From contig JAGIQG010000003.1 of NCBI GenBank assembly GCA_024679065.1, positions 85,250,001 to 85,314,000 on the forward strand: a stretch of 64,000 nt of DNA, given 5' to 3'. Positions within the stretch are counted from its first letter, which is position 1; each line of letters starts with the position of its first letter. The position numbers and the translations under genes were made by a program. A model generated the notes under the pieces. That model searched no databases. It had not been told where the DNA came from and worked only from the letters and a program-made list of their open reading frames with translations. Below, piece after piece: positions 37,331 to 50,196 of this stretch. Source of the DNA: Sphyrna mokarran. Lineage: Eukaryota.

Positions 37331-40089
37331 GACTGTAAAAACTTTTCTGGGTTCAATACACTTTATGCTCAATACTCAGCAGTAAGATGGACAGGGTGAA
37401 TATAACTGGTGTTCAAGTCATTTGGATGAAACTATCATTGTCTGTTGCGATTGTTAAACATCCCATGGTGTCATTCAAAGTGCAGAATTTAAAACAGTGC
37501 AGAAAGCATAAAGAAGGCTGGGCTTCCTTTACTTTGGAAAAAATAAGGAAAAGTTAAAATCATCTGACTGAGCATTCTAAGCCAATGAAGGGAACTGACC
37601 AATTTGATCTGGGTCATTTGCTTATTGAGGCAAAGGTCTCAAACTAGGAAGAAGCAGATTTAAAAATGAGGACAATTATAATATGAAGTGAACTTTATTT
37701 AATACAGTGTATCAGGTTTATAAATTACAAAAGGAGTTCGTTGAAGTAGGGAATTTGAATGGATCAGATAATTGAAGAAGCCCCTGGATAGCACACGAGT
37801 TTAGGGATATGTGAGGAGTTAGTAGGTGTGGTTGATTGATCACAAATGGGTCAGTCTTGCTGGACCCAACTGTCAATTCCAGTTCCTTAATATTCTCGTG
37901 TATCAGTGACTAAACACATCTTATGTTAGAAAGTAGCAACTATGAAGGAGATTGGCAGGAACATTCTCCAATTTAAAAAAAAATCACAATTTGTTACACT
38001 TCAAGAAAAGATTTTGTTCACAGTCAGTCTAGATATGATGAAGGTACCACCAATATATCTTGCTAAACCCATCTAGAGTCAGGAGGGAGCATTTTTAATT
38101 CGTTAAGTCTCTGAACTCTGCTCCAAGGAAGGAATTGATTTTTCTGCTCCTGCTTCTTATTACTGAGCAGTAAGCAGTTATCAGGTGAGGATGGGAATTA
38201 CACAAGCCATAATGTCTTCATCTTTTTAAAAATTCATTTGATTAACTGGATGTGGGTATCGCTGGCTGGACCAACATGTATTGCCCATCCTCAATTGCCC
38301 TCAAAAAAGTGGTGGGGAGCTGCTGCAGTCCATGTGGTGTAGCTACATCCAACTTGCTGTTAGGAAGAGAGTAACTCAGTAAGAGGTCTGGCAACATCAA
38401 TTTTAAATCCAACCGATTTATTTGATAGGAGTCCCAGGGTGTTGACCCAGTGACTGACAAACAGCAATATATTTCCAATCAGGATGGCTCAGGGAACTTG
38501 CAGGAGGTGTTCTCGAGCATCTCCTGTCCTTATCCTTCAGATGGGACAGACTATGGAGTTTGGAAGGTGCAGTTGAAAGAAATATCTGAATAATTGCTAA
38601 CACTCACTACCTGGAAGTACGAATGCAGTAAGAAAAATACATTTTGTAAACCAGTTGCTACCCTACTGTACTCTCCTCTTTTAAGATTTAAATCCTAACT
38701 ATTTGACCAAACACTTACTCTAATTTCTAATAAAAAAAGGATAAATGGATACAGGGAACAAGTGAGGGGATGGATTTGAAATCAGGGAGAAATCAGCCAT
38801 GGTCTGATTGAGGGTGGAGCAGGCTCAAAGGGTTAAATTTGCCTACTTCTGTTCCTGATTCCTATCTAACTAATGTCTTTTTTTGTACAGTTTGGCGTCA
38901 AATCTTTGTCTAATTGCATTCCTGTGAAGCATCTACGAATGTCTTGCTATGTTAAAGGTACTACACATTTTTGTTGTTTCTCATCAAATTGCCTCTACCT
39001 TTCCTACCCTTGGCTGTTGTCTTTGCCCCCGGCTGATTATTTTTTCTGGGCTCTCTGCTTTCCTTTTACACAGTAACCAAATGGTTACTGAAATATTAAA
39101 TAAATCTGCAGTCCAGTCAGGGCACTCTACTATCCAAGCTGTTTTGTTATACCTTTTTAAATCCACATCGATGGTCATAGGTCCTTGGACAATTCTCTTC
39201 TTGCCAACCTGAACAACGAAAGCTTAACCTGAAGCCAATAAAGTTGAAGCTGTAGTCACGGGGAATCTGCGAGCATGCTGGATAAAAGAAAGGCACATCA
39301 ATCAGCCACTGCAATTAAACTCATCCATCAAGTCCAAAGATTAGAGGCAAGTGCCTTTGACATTCACCTCGGCAACTCTTGACAGGATTTTGCATGGTAA
39401 AATTATCCTTTCTGCTTTCTCGAGTGAAAGTTTCTTTTATTGTTACACACAGGGGCTTGGGCATGGCTGTACACATCAATTGTTCTGTTCTGCACTGCAT
39501 TTAACTCAATCTTGGCTGCATCCTTTGGAGTCCAATGGAGAGGGATCCACTTACTCCAGGAATTCAATAAAAGCCACTTCCTTATTCCACTTTGATCCAA
39601 CAACCAGAATTTGCATTCTGCCCTGGCAGTTAACAGATTTGCCATTTCCCATTAGGGAATTATTTCTATATGTGCTCCTGTAAAGTGTTGACTTTTCTCC
39701 TCTGAGGTTAGCTATGCTGCTTTTCTATTCTGAGTTAATTTTACCAAAGCTCCCTAATACCACACTCTGTCAAATGCTGCCTTGATTCATGCATTTGATG
39801 GAGGTTAAAATTCAGCGCTGTCATTTTAGATCTTTCTGAAATTGTACCAAGTATCCATACCTGTCAACTTTTTCCGTCCAAGCAGTGCTTGAATTTTGAC
39901 CTTGCTACTGACAAAGCTAATTCGTTCCAACTTTGCAGTATTTACTTTGTTCAAGCCAAATTCCTTACATTCACAAATTAGCTTTACTGGTACTGTACTA
40001 GGCAAGAAGAAAAAGAAACCTAGGCTTAATTTTTTCTGCTGCCGGAAAGCGCTTAAGACAATCTAAACTCGAAGCTGCTCGATGGGGTC

Positions 40090-40430
40090 AGTCATGGCTC
40101 AGTTTGTAGCACATTTGCTGCCTCGGACTCAAACGGTTGTGGATTCAGGTCACATGCCAGCGATTTGAGATCATAATCTATGGTGACACTCCAGTGCAGT
40201 GTCCCTGAGACATTACACTGAGGCCCAGTGTGCTTTCTCAACTGGGCATTGAAGAGCAGGGAAGCTTTTCCCAATGTCCTGACCTCACCAAAATCTAGAC
40301 AGAGACTGTGATGACTTGCTGTTTTGCTGGATGTGGGATCTGACTGTGTACAAATTTGTGTGCCACACAATGGCTCCACTGTAAAATACTTCATTGGCTG
40401 TAAATTTGTTGAAGGGTGTTGGGCAGGGAT
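40090..40430 (+). mobile_element. SacSINE1-like DeuSINE
   Basis: gtcatggctcagtttgtagcac...ggattcagg head; aaatacttcattggctgtaaa tail. Confidence 0.7.
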
Positions 40431-41490
40431 AGATTTAAATAACTCATTCAATAGAGCTGCCTAATGGCCAGGACCTAAAAATACAGCTTACCAACTAGTG
40501 GGGCAAAATTGAATGGAATATGTCATTATGGCAATTTAGGGGAATTTCACAGTAACGTCATTGCACTGTTAATGTAGCCTTACTTGTGACTAATAAGTAA
40601 ACTTTACGGTGTAATTTAAGTCACACTTTTGGCTGACACTCCAGTGCTGCACTGTCAGAGGTGCCATTCTGTGGATGTGATGTCAAACAGTAGCCCTGTC
40701 TGCCCTCTTTTTACCCAACATCATTCAAAACAAATGACCTGGTCATTTATCTTATTGTGGGACTTCATCTTGCTGTTTTTACTGCGCAAATTACATTTCC
40801 TTTAAAAGTGAAATCTTATCTAGGTTTATTCATTCCGCCGGTTATGTTATTCTTTCCACAGCCAGTTTCAACTCAGAGCATAATAAATAGCTTGACACAA
40901 ACACATTTACTCAGAGCTGGTTTCAAGATTAAATAATTCATTTTTTATTGTGTTGTGAGTAAAACCTCTCCTACTCCTCAAATCATTAAGCATCTGGTCA
41001 GAAATCCAATTACAGAACTCAAGTGTGGGCAGACTGTTTTTTTTATCACATTAGTTGCACCTTATTTAAATGCAAATGACGATGACCTTTTGCCCTGAAA
41101 TCCTCTGTGGCAATGCGGGTGGATGTGTCTAAACCTCAGCTAGTAATTGTTTTGGTATTTAGCAGATAATAAAACCTTCACAAAAGGGAGAAAAAACCCC
41201 AGAGGAATCATCCCGAACTTTCCATCTCAATACGGTTCACATCTATTAATTGTATTCTCCATCTCACATTGCTGTGAAAATACTACATGAAGGGGTTGAC
41301 TGAGGAGCATGCATTTTATTGCCATCCAATCTGACAATGTTCACAGCCAAAGACAAGCGTGTTATAAACATCTGCTCTTTCTTGCTGGATACTTTGCTAA
41401 TTGCAGAGACACAACTCAGGACTTTGGAGTCTTCGAATATCACACCAAAAAATTCAATACTTTGCTAAAGCGAGCTCCGTTCCCCTATTT

Positions 41491-42482
41491 CAAAGAACAA
41501 AGAACAAAACAGCACGGGAAACAGGCCCTTCGGCCCAACGAGCCCATGCCGCCTCCCCGATGTTCCCATTTCTACCCGCGATCCCTGTCCATGTTTATAG
41601 ATCTATGGATTAAAAACCAAATTTGAGACAATTTAGGGAGAATTTGTTTTGCCAATTAGCCTAAGAGCACATCTTTGGGATGTGGGAGGAAACCGGAGCT
41701 CCCGGAGAAAACCCACGCAAGCACGGGGAGAATGCGCAAACTCCCACAGACACAGGCCCAAATCCATGTATCTGCACAGCACAGCGATAGTCACTGAGCT
41801 GTCGTGTTGCCCATCAAATGGTCCAGGTCAAGCGTACACTAACGACGTGAAGCACTAGGATACTCTCGAAAAAAAATCCAAGAGCAGCCCTCTCACGACC
41901 CATCGCGTGTATGCCCCTTGTTAGACAACAAGGTGGACCAAAACACCTGTAGGATAAAAACAAGTACATCAATATCATCATCTATTTACACACTTCCCAG
42001 GGACTCCCAAGGCTCATGATCCCTATTTTAAATCAGTTTTCTATAACCCTCCATTCCCATTCTGTTCATGTGCCCATCTAAGTATTTCTTAAATAACTCC
42101 AGAGTACCTGCCTCCACCACTTTACTTGGCAGCGCTTTCCATACCCCCACCACCCTCTGTGTGAAAAACTCCCTCTGGCATCCAGATTATACTTTACCCC
42201 TCACCCTAAGCCCGTGACCCCTCGTGCTATTCGAGTCCATCCTAGGAAAAATCTTAATCCTGTTTACTCTATCTATACCCCTCATAATCTTGTACACCTC
42301 TATTAGATCTCCTCTAAGTCTACGTCTTTCTAATGAAAACAGTCCCAATTTGTCTAACCTTTCCTCGTGACTCAGACCTTCCATACCAGGTAGCATCCTG
42401 GTAAACCTCCTCTGCACTCTCTCCAGAGTCTCCACATCCTTCTGGTAGTAGGGCGACCAGAATTGGATGCAGCATTCCAAAT
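41491..42482 (-). mobile_element. Young CR1/HER1 LINE with composite V-domain 3' UTR (copy 4)
   Basis: ORF 42187-42480 CR1 C-terminus; UTR nearly identical to copy 3; CpG-rich; caaagaacaaagaac tail on the plus strand. Confidence 0.92.
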
Positions 42483-42669
42483 CCTCAAACCCAGAACAGC
42501 AACTCTTGCTAGGTTACAACAATATACATTTCAATAGTACCATTAATGTGGGGAAATGCCTGCCAATATCAAAAATGAAATATTAGGAATCAAGCACTTG
42601 GTTAAACAGATATGTTTTAAGCAAAATCCTAAAGAAGGGTTTGGGGTTATGCACCAACCATAGTGCAGT

Positions 42670-42858
42670 TTAAAGATGTGCAGGTTGGATGGATTGGACA
42701 TGCCAAATACCCCTTAACGTCCAAGATGTACATATAGGACAAGGAGATTAGCAGGGTAAAATACATGTGGTTATGGAGATATGGACTTGGGTAAGAGTTA
42801 GTGCAAACTCAATGGGCCGAATGGCCTCTTTTTGCACAGTAGTGATCTTATGATTCAT
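42670..42858 (+). mobile_element. HE1 SINE 3' half
   Basis: aaagatgtgcaggttggatggattgg...aatgggccgaatggcctc. Confidence 0.7.
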
Positions 42859-43204
42859 GGACAGAGAATAGGTGCGGACAAGTACTAAAGGAGCTGGAAG
42901 AGAATGAGCATCAGCAACAATTTGTCAAGTGGCCATCCTTATGTGTGAGCCCCAATAGCAAGTGTTGGCAAGCAACTCCACCATACAGGACATAAGAACC
43001 AACATTGACCATGTCCTCTGCTGATGCCCACATATTTAATCTTGTAGGAAGTACTTGTCTATTCTTGATTCCAGTTTGGTTAAGACCGAGTGGCAGATCA
43101 ACCCCAAGATGGGGTGCAATGTCTTATCTCGTCAACTTGGATCTTTTTGACTCTCTTATGGGAACCATAAATTGGGTTCAATTAGATTTTGAATTTGGTT
43201 TTTG

Positions 43205-43412
43205 GAGCTTCTTCCCTGCTACCATCAGACTTTTGAATGGGCCCTCCTTATGTTTCTTTGTACCGTAGCTCTGACTGTAACACTACATCTTGCAGCCTCT
43301 CCTTTCCTCCCCTATGTATGCTATGAATGCTGTGTTTTGTCTGTATAGGGCACAAGAAATAATACTTTTCACTGCATCCCAATGCATGTGATAATTATAG
43401 ATCAAATCAAAT
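43205..43412 (+). mobile_element. Rex1/Babar-like LINE 3' end
   Basis: SFFPATIRLLN C-terminal motif followed by a UTR ending ttttcactgcatccc...gtgataa...aaatcaaat. Confidence 0.65.
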
Positions 43413-44314
43413 TCTAACTGAATGTCTGAAAAGGTTTGAAGGCCCTAATGCCCATATATTCTTTCTAAATGAGAGGCGGGAAGTTAGACTCTAATGCAAT
43501 AGTTAGGGATTTATCACTACCAGCTCCATTGTCATCAATCTTAATGATTTTGTTTCTTATTCATAGGATTTGGGTGTCCACTGATTGGGCCAGCATTTGT
43601 TTCCCGACTCTAACTGTCCCAGAGAGGTTTTGATGAACCACGTTCTTGAATTGCTCTATTCCTTATGGTGTAGGTACAACCACAATACTTTTAGGAACTC
43701 CCAGGAATTTGACGAGCAACACAGAAGGAACTGTGAATCGTTTTAAGTCAGAATAATGGCTGATTTGGAGGCTTGTAAGTGGCTTTTCCATGCGTCCACT
43801 TGCCATTACTTATCTAGATAATAGCAGCCAGGGGCTAGGAAGGTGAGTTTAAAGGGATCATGTAGGGAGAAGGATAAACTATCTCTTGTTGGAGATGGTC
43901 GTTGCCTCTTACTTCTACTAATCACTCCAAGCCTGAATGTGTTATTCAGATCCTAATGCTTGAAACAACATGATCAAAATGCAACATTTGAAAGCAAATG
44001 GTGAAGGAAACAATCTGCATTTATGTAGTGCCTTTCAGCTGGTAAAATGTCCCAAGACAATTTACAGAAATGGCACCAAGCAGAAATTGACACTGAATCA
44101 CATAAACAGATAATACGATAGGTGACCAAAAGGTTGGTCAGACAGTGGAAGGATAGCAGTAATTTTCTGCCACAAGATTTCACTGCTGTACCTTTGCCAT
44201 AATATATATAAATATAATTTATATTTAAGTTTACCCAATGAAAAAACAGGCTGCCTAGCCACTTACAAGCATCTTCAGATTGTGTGGAAACAAATGAGCT
44301 TTAAATATTGTATT

Positions 44315-45264
44315 GTTGTATAGTTGTATAGAACGTTGGTTAGGCCTCACTTGGAATACTGCGTCCAGTTCTGGTCGCCGTACTATCGGAAGGATGTGGA
44401 GTCCTTGGAGAGAGTGCAGAGGAGGTTTACCAGGATGCTGCCTGGTATGGAAGTACTGTCTTATGAGGAACGATTAAATAGACTGGGGTTGTTTTCCCTT
44501 GAAAGACGTCGGCTTAGAGGGGATCTCATAGAGGTGTATAAGATTATAAGGGGTATAGATAGAGTAAATAGAGGTAAACTTTTTCCACCTTCAGAAATGG
44601 ATAGGACGAGGGGTCATGGCCTTAGGGTGAGGGGGCTATGTATAAGATGAATATTAGAGGGCAGTTTTTCACACAAAGGGTAGTGGGGGTGTGGAATGCA
44701 CTGCCGAGTAAGGTGGTGGGAGCAGGCACGCTGGGGCTGTTTAAGGGTCTCTTGGACAGCCACATGAGCGGTATGCAGATAGAGGGATATATTAGGACTG
44801 TTTCACTACGGCTTTTTTCCACAGGTAATTCGGTCCATAATTTGAGCACGCATTCGGCAGGTGGTGCGGGTACAGCTCTTGGATGTTGATTCATGGGTTG
44901 CCTGGTACCTTATGTCGTAAATGAGTGCTTTATGTGGACCATCTGAAGGGCACCATGACAGCTCAGAGACTATCGATGTGGCCGTGCAGACACTTGGAAT
45001 TGGGCCGGTGTCTGCGGGAGTTTGCGCGTTCTCCCTGTGGTTGCGTGGGTTTTCTCCGGGCACTCCAGTTTCCTCCCACATCCCAAAAATTCACTCTTAG
45101 GCTGATTGGGAAACAAATTGTCCCTATAGTGAGAGTCTTCCATATTAGGAATAACCTAAATCTATAATAGGATAATGGAATTGCTACTATATAGTTATGA
45201 CGGCGGCGCGGGCTCGTTGGGCCGAAGGGCCTGTTTCCCGTGCTGTGTTGCTCTAAAAAAAAAA
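44315..45264 (+). mobile_element. Young CR1/HER1 LINE with composite V-domain 3' UTR (copy 5)
   Basis: ORF2 C-terminus closely related to copy 1 (LLDSHMSGMQIEGY), diverged UTR module, A-rich tail gtgttgctctaaaaaaaaaa. Confidence 0.92.
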
Positions 45265-45659
45265 TATCTGGAATTAGCGACAGTCAGAAGCAAGTGAACA
45301 GAGGCTATTAGATGTGTGCATTACAATGAAGTACAGATTAAAAATAAGAAGTAGAAGTATTCTGAATGGAAGAATGTTGATTTGTGTAGAAGCAGAGAAA
45401 TTCAGATCACTGGTTCATTGAGAATACAGGCAGATAAAGTCATAAAATGGAGAATCACATTTGGATTTTATAAATAGGGACTTGAATGCATGAATAAAGA
45501 AGCAAGAATAATTTTATACAACATAATAAATAGGACACATTTACAGTACTATATGGAGTCTTAGACACTGATTATGGAAAATATATTGAAGTCAGATAGA
45601 ATGCAGCGTTGATTTACAGGAAACAGAAAGACTGAGAAACTTTGGTAATGAGGTGAGAC

Positions 45660-46260
45660 TTGAGATTGGGGGCAACTTCCCAACCTTGCCATGCCTTGCA
45701 CAGATTGCTCAATCCCGGAAAATTGTGCATAGGCCAAAAATGGTTTTGCGTCTGGGGCCAAATGACTTGCAATCATCCTGCCTCTTTCTACTGGAGCAAC
45801 CTGAATGATGGAGGCTAGTTAGCACTCTTAAAGTAGCATTCAATACATTTAATCTGTTTGACATGGGATTCTCCCAGGGTCTTCTGGCTCGCAGATGCAG
45901 CACAAGACCAGCAAGAATCATTACTAGTCTCTCCTAACAAAGACCAGCAGTAAGGGCCACTGTGGGAGGCTCAAAAGCCATTGAAAGCCTTGGGTGGTCA
46001 GGGATATGGTTGGACAGTTTGGCTCATCAGGCAGTGCCCAAAAGACACCCTGGCGGTAGTTGGACACTGCCAGAGTGCTAGGGCAGTGCCAAAGGACTGG
46101 CTCCTGAGCAGGGACAATGACCGGGGCGGGGGGTCTCTCAGCTTTATGGGACTAGTTTCGGAAGGTTTCGAAAAGTTAGACTGTTTCTACTACAGCAGAG
46201 AAAGTTCAGCTGCATCTTTTAGAATTATGACAAAATTATAGAAATTATAGAGCGAGAAGA
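45660..46260. mobile_element. Non-autonomous DNA transposon remnant (Harbinger-like)
   Basis: Starts ggggcaacttccc and has GC-rich repeats (ggcagtgcc) internally; right end not defined. Confidence 0.35.
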
Positions 46261-46579
46261 GAAAATTCTGTTACGGAAAATTCTATTATATTCTGTTCTC
46301 TTCTGTTTTGAAGAGGAGGCGCCAATTTGAAGCCACCAGTAAGAAAACTTAAGATAAAGTGTTTAACGGAGCATTATTATAGTATTGCAATGCTTTGATT
46401 CAAGATGTTATTGAACTGGAGAATGTTGCAAAGATACTGCCAACAGAAAGGGCTGGAAGTTTTCAACCAGTCTTCCACATTGAAGTTTTGGGTGGAGGGG
46501 TGGGGGTAAGGGGCAGCAGAATGAAAGGGGAGGAGTCAGAGGACAAAAAAATGGGATCAAGCTGTAAAAATAATAAGTA

Positions 46580-47830
46580 AGAACTAGCAGCAGGAGTAGG
46601 CATTTTAGTCCTTCAAGCCTGCTCCATCATTTAATACAAATATGGCTGATCTCATCTTGGCCTCAACCTCACCTTGCTGCCCATTCACCATAGCCCATCA
46701 AACCATTATTAATTATAAATATGTTCTCTTCTTCTTTAAATTTACTCAAATTCCTGGCATCCACCACACTGGGGTAGTGAATTCCACAAACTTCACAATC
46801 CGTTGACAGAAGCAATTTCTATCCACCTGTTAAAATCCTTTATCTTGTACTCCCAACCTTGTTCCAGATTGCTCAAGAGGAAACACCTTCTCCACATCTA
46901 ATTTGCCAATCCCTTTATCATGTTGTACACCTCTATTAGATCTTCTCTCATTCTGAACTCCAAGGACTATAAACCTGAATTGCCCAATCTCTCTTTGTAA
47001 GGTAAACCTCTTCTCTCTGGAATCAATCTACTGAACTCCCTCCAATACAACTACATCTTTCCTCAAATAAGGGGACCAAAATGTACACAATATTCTACAT
47101 GCAGTCTCACTAATGCATGTACCAGCAACACTTTACTTCATTTATATTCTATTCCTTTAGTAATAAATGTCTAGATTCTATTTGCTTTCTTATTATCTGT
47201 TGTATTTGCATTTTTGTGATTCATGCGCAAGGACTCCCAGATCCCTCCACATTGAAGCACTCCAAAATTTCTTCCCATTTAGATAATGATTTGCTGTTGT
47301 GGCTCAATGGCACAGTGGTTAGCACTGCTACCTTGCAGCTCTAAGATCTGGGTTTGATTCCTAGCTGGAATCAGCTAGCTGTGTGGAGTTTGCATGTTCC
47401 CTGCATCTGCATGGGTGTGCTCCCATAGTCTAAAGATGTGTGGGTCAGATTGATTGGCTATGCTAAATTACCCCTTGGTGTCCTATAATGCATAGGTTAA
47501 CAGAGATTAGCAAGGTAAACGTGTGGAGTTATGGGAATAGGGCCTGGATGGGATTGTTCTTGGTGTAGACTTGATGGGCCAAATGGCCTCCCTCTACACT
47601 GTAGAGTTTCTATGATTTTTCATCCCAAAATGGATAACCTTACACTTAATCACATTAAACTCCATTTACCAAATTTTGTGCCACTTACATAAGCTATCAA
47701 TATTCATTTGTACATTTCTTATTTATTATTGTAATCCCACCTAATTTAGTGTCATCTGCAAATTTGGCTACAGTATCTACCTGCATCCAAGTCATTAATA
47801 TAGATTGTAAATAGTTGGGCTTCAAGAAAG
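46580..47830 (-). mobile_element. Decayed CR1 LINE containing an HE1 SINE (47300-47615, +)
   Basis: Antisense tail (agcaggagtaggc...atggctgatct) and KFADDTKLGG (ORF 47697-47948); SINE head cacagtggttagcactgc. Confidence 0.8.
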
Positions 47831-48214
47831 TGAAGAAATGCCATGAATGAGGTAAATAATTCATAAATGACAAGGGGAGGTAGCCATTAACTGTGTAAAT
47901 GATTGGTATGATTTTGTCCACTTGTCTGAATGGAAGGCTGAATTTCATTGATCAAATGCTGTGAAAATCTTCCGATCAGTGATCGGCCACTGGGCTGAGA
48001 AGCATGAGTTGGGAACAGATCCTCAAAAATGTCAGAGTGGTTACATTATCATCAGAAATCCAATGTGTATATAGCCAATTAGTGGCCCAAAACAAACCAC
48101 ATCCAGCAAATATTTCTGATGAACAGCTCATTTGTTAGCTTTATATAATTAAGCAGTCTCTGATGAAGCTGTAGCTAAAGTTACTCAGAATGAATTTGAT
48201 GAATACTTTGTGCC

Positions 48215-49590
48215 CATCTGATGACAGATGAAGTTGGATGCACAGAGATGTGAAGTGACTCATCTTGGAGTCATAGAGATTTACAACATGGAAACAGGCC
48301 CTTCAGCCCACCTTGTTCATGCCACTTTTTTTTAACCACTAAGCTCGTCCCAATTACCGACGTTTGGCCTATATCCCTCCATACCCATTGTATCCATTTT
48401 TAAAAGGCAAAATTGTACCCGCCTCTACTACTACTTCCGGCAGCTTATTCCAGACATGCACCATCTCGTGTGAACGAATTTCCTCTCTGGACTCTTTCTT
48501 TTCTCTTTCCTCTCACCTTAAACTTATGTCCTCTAGTTTTAGATTCCTCTACTTTTGAGAAAAGATGTTGTCTATTTAGCTGACCTATGCCGCTGTTATT
48601 TTATAGAGCTCAAAAAGATCACGCCTAAGCCTCCTACACTGCAGGGAAGAAAATCCCAGTCTATCCAGCCTCTCCTTATAATTCAAACCATCAAGTCCCA
48701 GTAGCATCCTAGTAAATCTTTTCAGCACTCTTTCTAGTTTAATAATATCCTTTCCGTAATAGGGTGACGAGAACTCTATACAGTATTCCAAATGTGGCCT
48801 TACAAATATCTTGTATAAGTTCAACAAGATGACCCAACTCCTGTATTTAATTTTCTGAACAATAAAATCAAACATGCTTGATAGGAAGAATGTGGAGCAA
48901 TAATATAATATAAAAGGTACCGTTCTAAAGTGGATGCAGGAGCAATGGAACCTGGATGTAAAAGTGGATGTGTCATTGAAGATGGCAGGACAGATTGAGA
49001 GCAGTTAATGAAGCATGTATTATTGTAGGCTTTACTGATAGGCTGGTTATGTCAAACTTGTACACGACACCTATTCAGTCTCAGCTGGAGTATTGCATTC
49101 AGTTCTGAGAGCCACACTTTAGGAAGGATGTGAAAGCATTGGAAATGGTGCAAAAAAGATTCATGAAAATGGGTCTAGGGATGAGGAGTTTCAGTTATGA
49201 AGATAAATTGGAGAATTAGGATTGTATTCCATTGCGAAAAGGCGACTGAGAGGTGATTTGACAGAGGGCTATTCAAAATCATGAGATGTCTGGATAGAGT
49301 AGATGGGAAGAAACTGTTTTCGCACATCGAAGTATTGGAATGACAGAGCACAAATTTCAAGTAAAAGAAATACAAGAAAATACATTTTCACAGCGAATGG
49401 TTAGGGTCAGAAATACAATGCCTGAGAGCGATGGAGGCAGATTCAATTGGGATATTCAAAAGGAAATTAGATTGTTATCTGAAAAGATATGTGCAGGGTT
49501 ATAAAGAGAAGGCAGGAGAATAGTATTAAGAGAATTGCTTGTTTGGAGAGCCGGTGTAGACACGATGGGCTGAATGGCTTCTTTCTTGCC
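48215..49590 (+). mobile_element. CR1 fragment interrupted by antisense HER1 (about 48268-48877)
   Basis: Host reads gatgtgaagtgactcatcttg|...|ataggaagaat; the insert encodes YKIFVRPHLEYC...RRLRRDL on the minus strand. Confidence 0.8.
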
Positions 49591-50196
49591 TTTGGGTTCT
49601 GAACTTCCTTAAAAGCAGTCCAGCTCTAAAGGCTTCCAGCCTGACAGAAATTCATCTGAAATGCTTTCCGGATCATTGGAGATCAGGCTGATCTGCCACC
49701 ATTCACACTTACCTCATCTACACCTACAGACTGTTTCTTTCATTTGTACACAAACATGAAGCTTGGGGACCCTCAGAAAGTTGTAATGCAATGATTCAGT
49801 GGGAATTCCCCAGGAAGGATGAACTTCTGATAAGCAATTTTCCTGCTCCTCCGTTCCTCTAACAAAGTTCCCGACTCAGTTTGGATTCCTCTGATTAACT
49901 TACCTGGAGGTACTCAAGAAGAATTAGAAAAATATTAGTCTAACCCCTGGATAGCTTTATAACTGACATCCCTGATTCCCTGCCCCTATCCAACCCAAAC
50001 CAGCTCCCACAACCTGACTTTCCCTGACCAACATGATTAGCCCTCACCTGATTTAACTGCTCCCCCATCACCCAACTCGTTCACCTGACTCCTTGATCAG
50101 ACTTGACTAGTCCCCAGCTTCTCCATCCACACTCTGACCCACCTAATCCAGCTGTCATACTATCCATCTGCCACCATACCCATCCTCTACTGATCT

